Assembly: GCA_902825865.1 (NCBI GenBank)
Contig: CADECX010000006.1
Coordinates: forward strand, 48,742 to 112,741
DNA from: an uncultured Alphaproteobacteria bacterium
GTDB taxonomy: Bacteria > Pseudomonadota > Alphaproteobacteria > Micropepsales > Micropepsaceae
Direction of reading: 5' to 3'
Length of the DNA: 64,000 bases
Below, one piece after another: positions 63,114 through 64,000 of this stretch (the first letter of the stretch is position 1; each line of letters starts with the position of its first letter). The notes beneath the pieces are model-generated. The model was not told the DNA's origin and made no database searches. It saw only the letters and a program-made list of their open reading frames with translations. Position numbers and translations under genes: made by a program.

Positions 63114-64000
63114 ATGGCCAAAACCTCCGCCCAGCCCTACCGCGTCCTGGCGCGCAAATACCGTCCCAGTGATTTCACCGGCCTGATCGGGCAGGAGGCG
63201 CTGGTGCGCACCCTGTCCAACGCCTTCGCGATCCAGCGCATCGCCCATGCCTTCATGCTGACGGGGGTGCGCGGGGTGGGAAAGACCACCACCGCGCGCA
63301 TTATCGCGCGTGCGCTGAACTGCATCGGACCCGACGGCAAGCGCACCGACCCCACCATCCAACCTTGCGGCAAATGCGAGCCCTGCGTTTCCATATCGGA
63401 ATCGCGCAATGTCGATGTCCAGGAAATGGACGCCGCCTCGCGCACCGGCATCGACGATATCCGCGAGATCATCGAGGGTGTGCGCTATGCCCCGGTCGCG
63501 GCCCGTTACAAGGTCTATATCATCGACGAAGTGCACATGCTGTCCAAGCAGGCCTTTAACGGCCTGCTCAAGACGCTGGAGGAACCGCCGCCGCATGTGA
63601 AATTCGTCTTCGCCACCACCGAGATAAGGAAAGTTCCGGTGACGGTGTTGTCGCGTTGCCAGCGTTTCGATCTGCGCCGCATCGACAGCGCCGAACTCGC
63701 CGCCTATCTGGCGGGCCTGGCGGAAAAGGAAAAGGTCAAGATCGAGGAGGGCGCGCTGGCCTTGATCGCGCGCGCCGCCGAAGGCTCGGCGCGGGATGGC
63801 CTATCCTTGCTGGATCAAGCCATCGCGCATGGCGAAGGCGAGATGATCACCGCCGACACCGTGCGCCTGCTGCTGGGCCTGGCCGATCGCGGCCGGGTGC
63901 TGGATATTTTTGAAAAGCTGATGGGGGGCAAGCTTTCGGAAGGCCTGACCGATCTGGGAGCGCTGTATGACGCGGGCGCCGATCCCTTGGCGGTGATGCA
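63114..64000 (+). CDS. dnaX: DNA polymerase III subunit gamma/tau (5' part; runs off the window)
   Basis: Hand translation from the ATG at 63114 gives MAKTSAQPYRVLARKYRPSDFTGLIGQEALVRTL...AHAFMLTGVRGVGKTTTARI...YIIDEVHMLS...LKTLEEPPPHVKFVFATTE...SRCQRFDL. It is absent from the track because there is no stop in the window. Confidence 0.93.
   Translation, partial: MAKTSAQPYRVLARKYRPSDFTGLIGQEALVRTLSNAFAIQRIAHAFMLTGVRGVGKTTTARIIARALNCIGPDGKRTDPTIQPCGKCEPCVSISESRNVDVQEMDAASRTGIDDIREIIEGVRYAPVAARYKVYIIDEVHMLSKQAFNGLLKTLEEPPPHVKFVFATTEIRKVPVTVLSRCQRFDLRRIDSAELAAYLAGLAEKEKVKIEEGALALIARAAEGSARDGLSLLDQAIAHGEGEMITADTVRLLLGLADRGRVLDIFEKLMGGKLSEGLTDLGALYDAGADPLAVM

Overview
This is a high-GC alphaproteobacterial chromosome segment whose gene content looks Hyphomicrobiales/Rhizobiales-like; that taxonomic call is an inference from gene families only. 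From left to right the window contains: (1) part of a flagellar cluster, with a large TPR-like protein running off the left edge, a motE-like gene, fliM and fliL, and divergent flgF-flgG-flgA-flgH; (2) a GT2-type glycosyltransferase, dksA, a phasin-like gene and an initiator tRNA-Met with a decayed copy beside it; (3) a tight operon of exported proteins (DUF3034-like barrel, truncated haemoglobin, two cupredoxins) followed by an orphan histidine kinase; (4) an AT-richer islet with a lone UDG-superfamily-like gene; (5) ftsK, an aminotransferase, glnK-amtB-amtB, a ubiH-family gene and an asd-to-zapE operon; (6) a repeat-rich intergenic region, an OmpA-family protein with 31 consecutive prolines, and tesB; (7) a complete Cpa/Tad (Flp) pilus locus of about 18 kb that also carries non-canonical genes: a GT87-like GT-C glycosyltransferase, a fatty-acid hydroxylase, an AT-richer 400-aa membrane protein and a repeat-bearing TPR protein; (8) housekeeping genes (TAXI binding protein, GST, M17 peptidase, NlpC/P60, kdsB, pheA, nudC, MHYT kinase), SRP RNA and the 5' part of dnaX. 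I saw no CRISPR array, transposase, integrase or recognisable multi-gene defence operon. Many long ORFs in the track are GC-driven shadow frames opposite real genes. Four real genes are missing from the ORF track: the edge-truncated CDS 1..2897(-), the edge-truncated dnaX, the 53-aa Flp pilin, and SRP RNA. The best novelty candidates are the exported globin/cupredoxin/DUF3034 operon, the orphan UDG-like gene, the accessory genes inside the Tad locus, and short relics of gene 3' ends (tesB, dksA, tRNA-fMet) that look like recombination scars. All family assignments come from reading the translations by eye and need HMM or BLAST confirmation.
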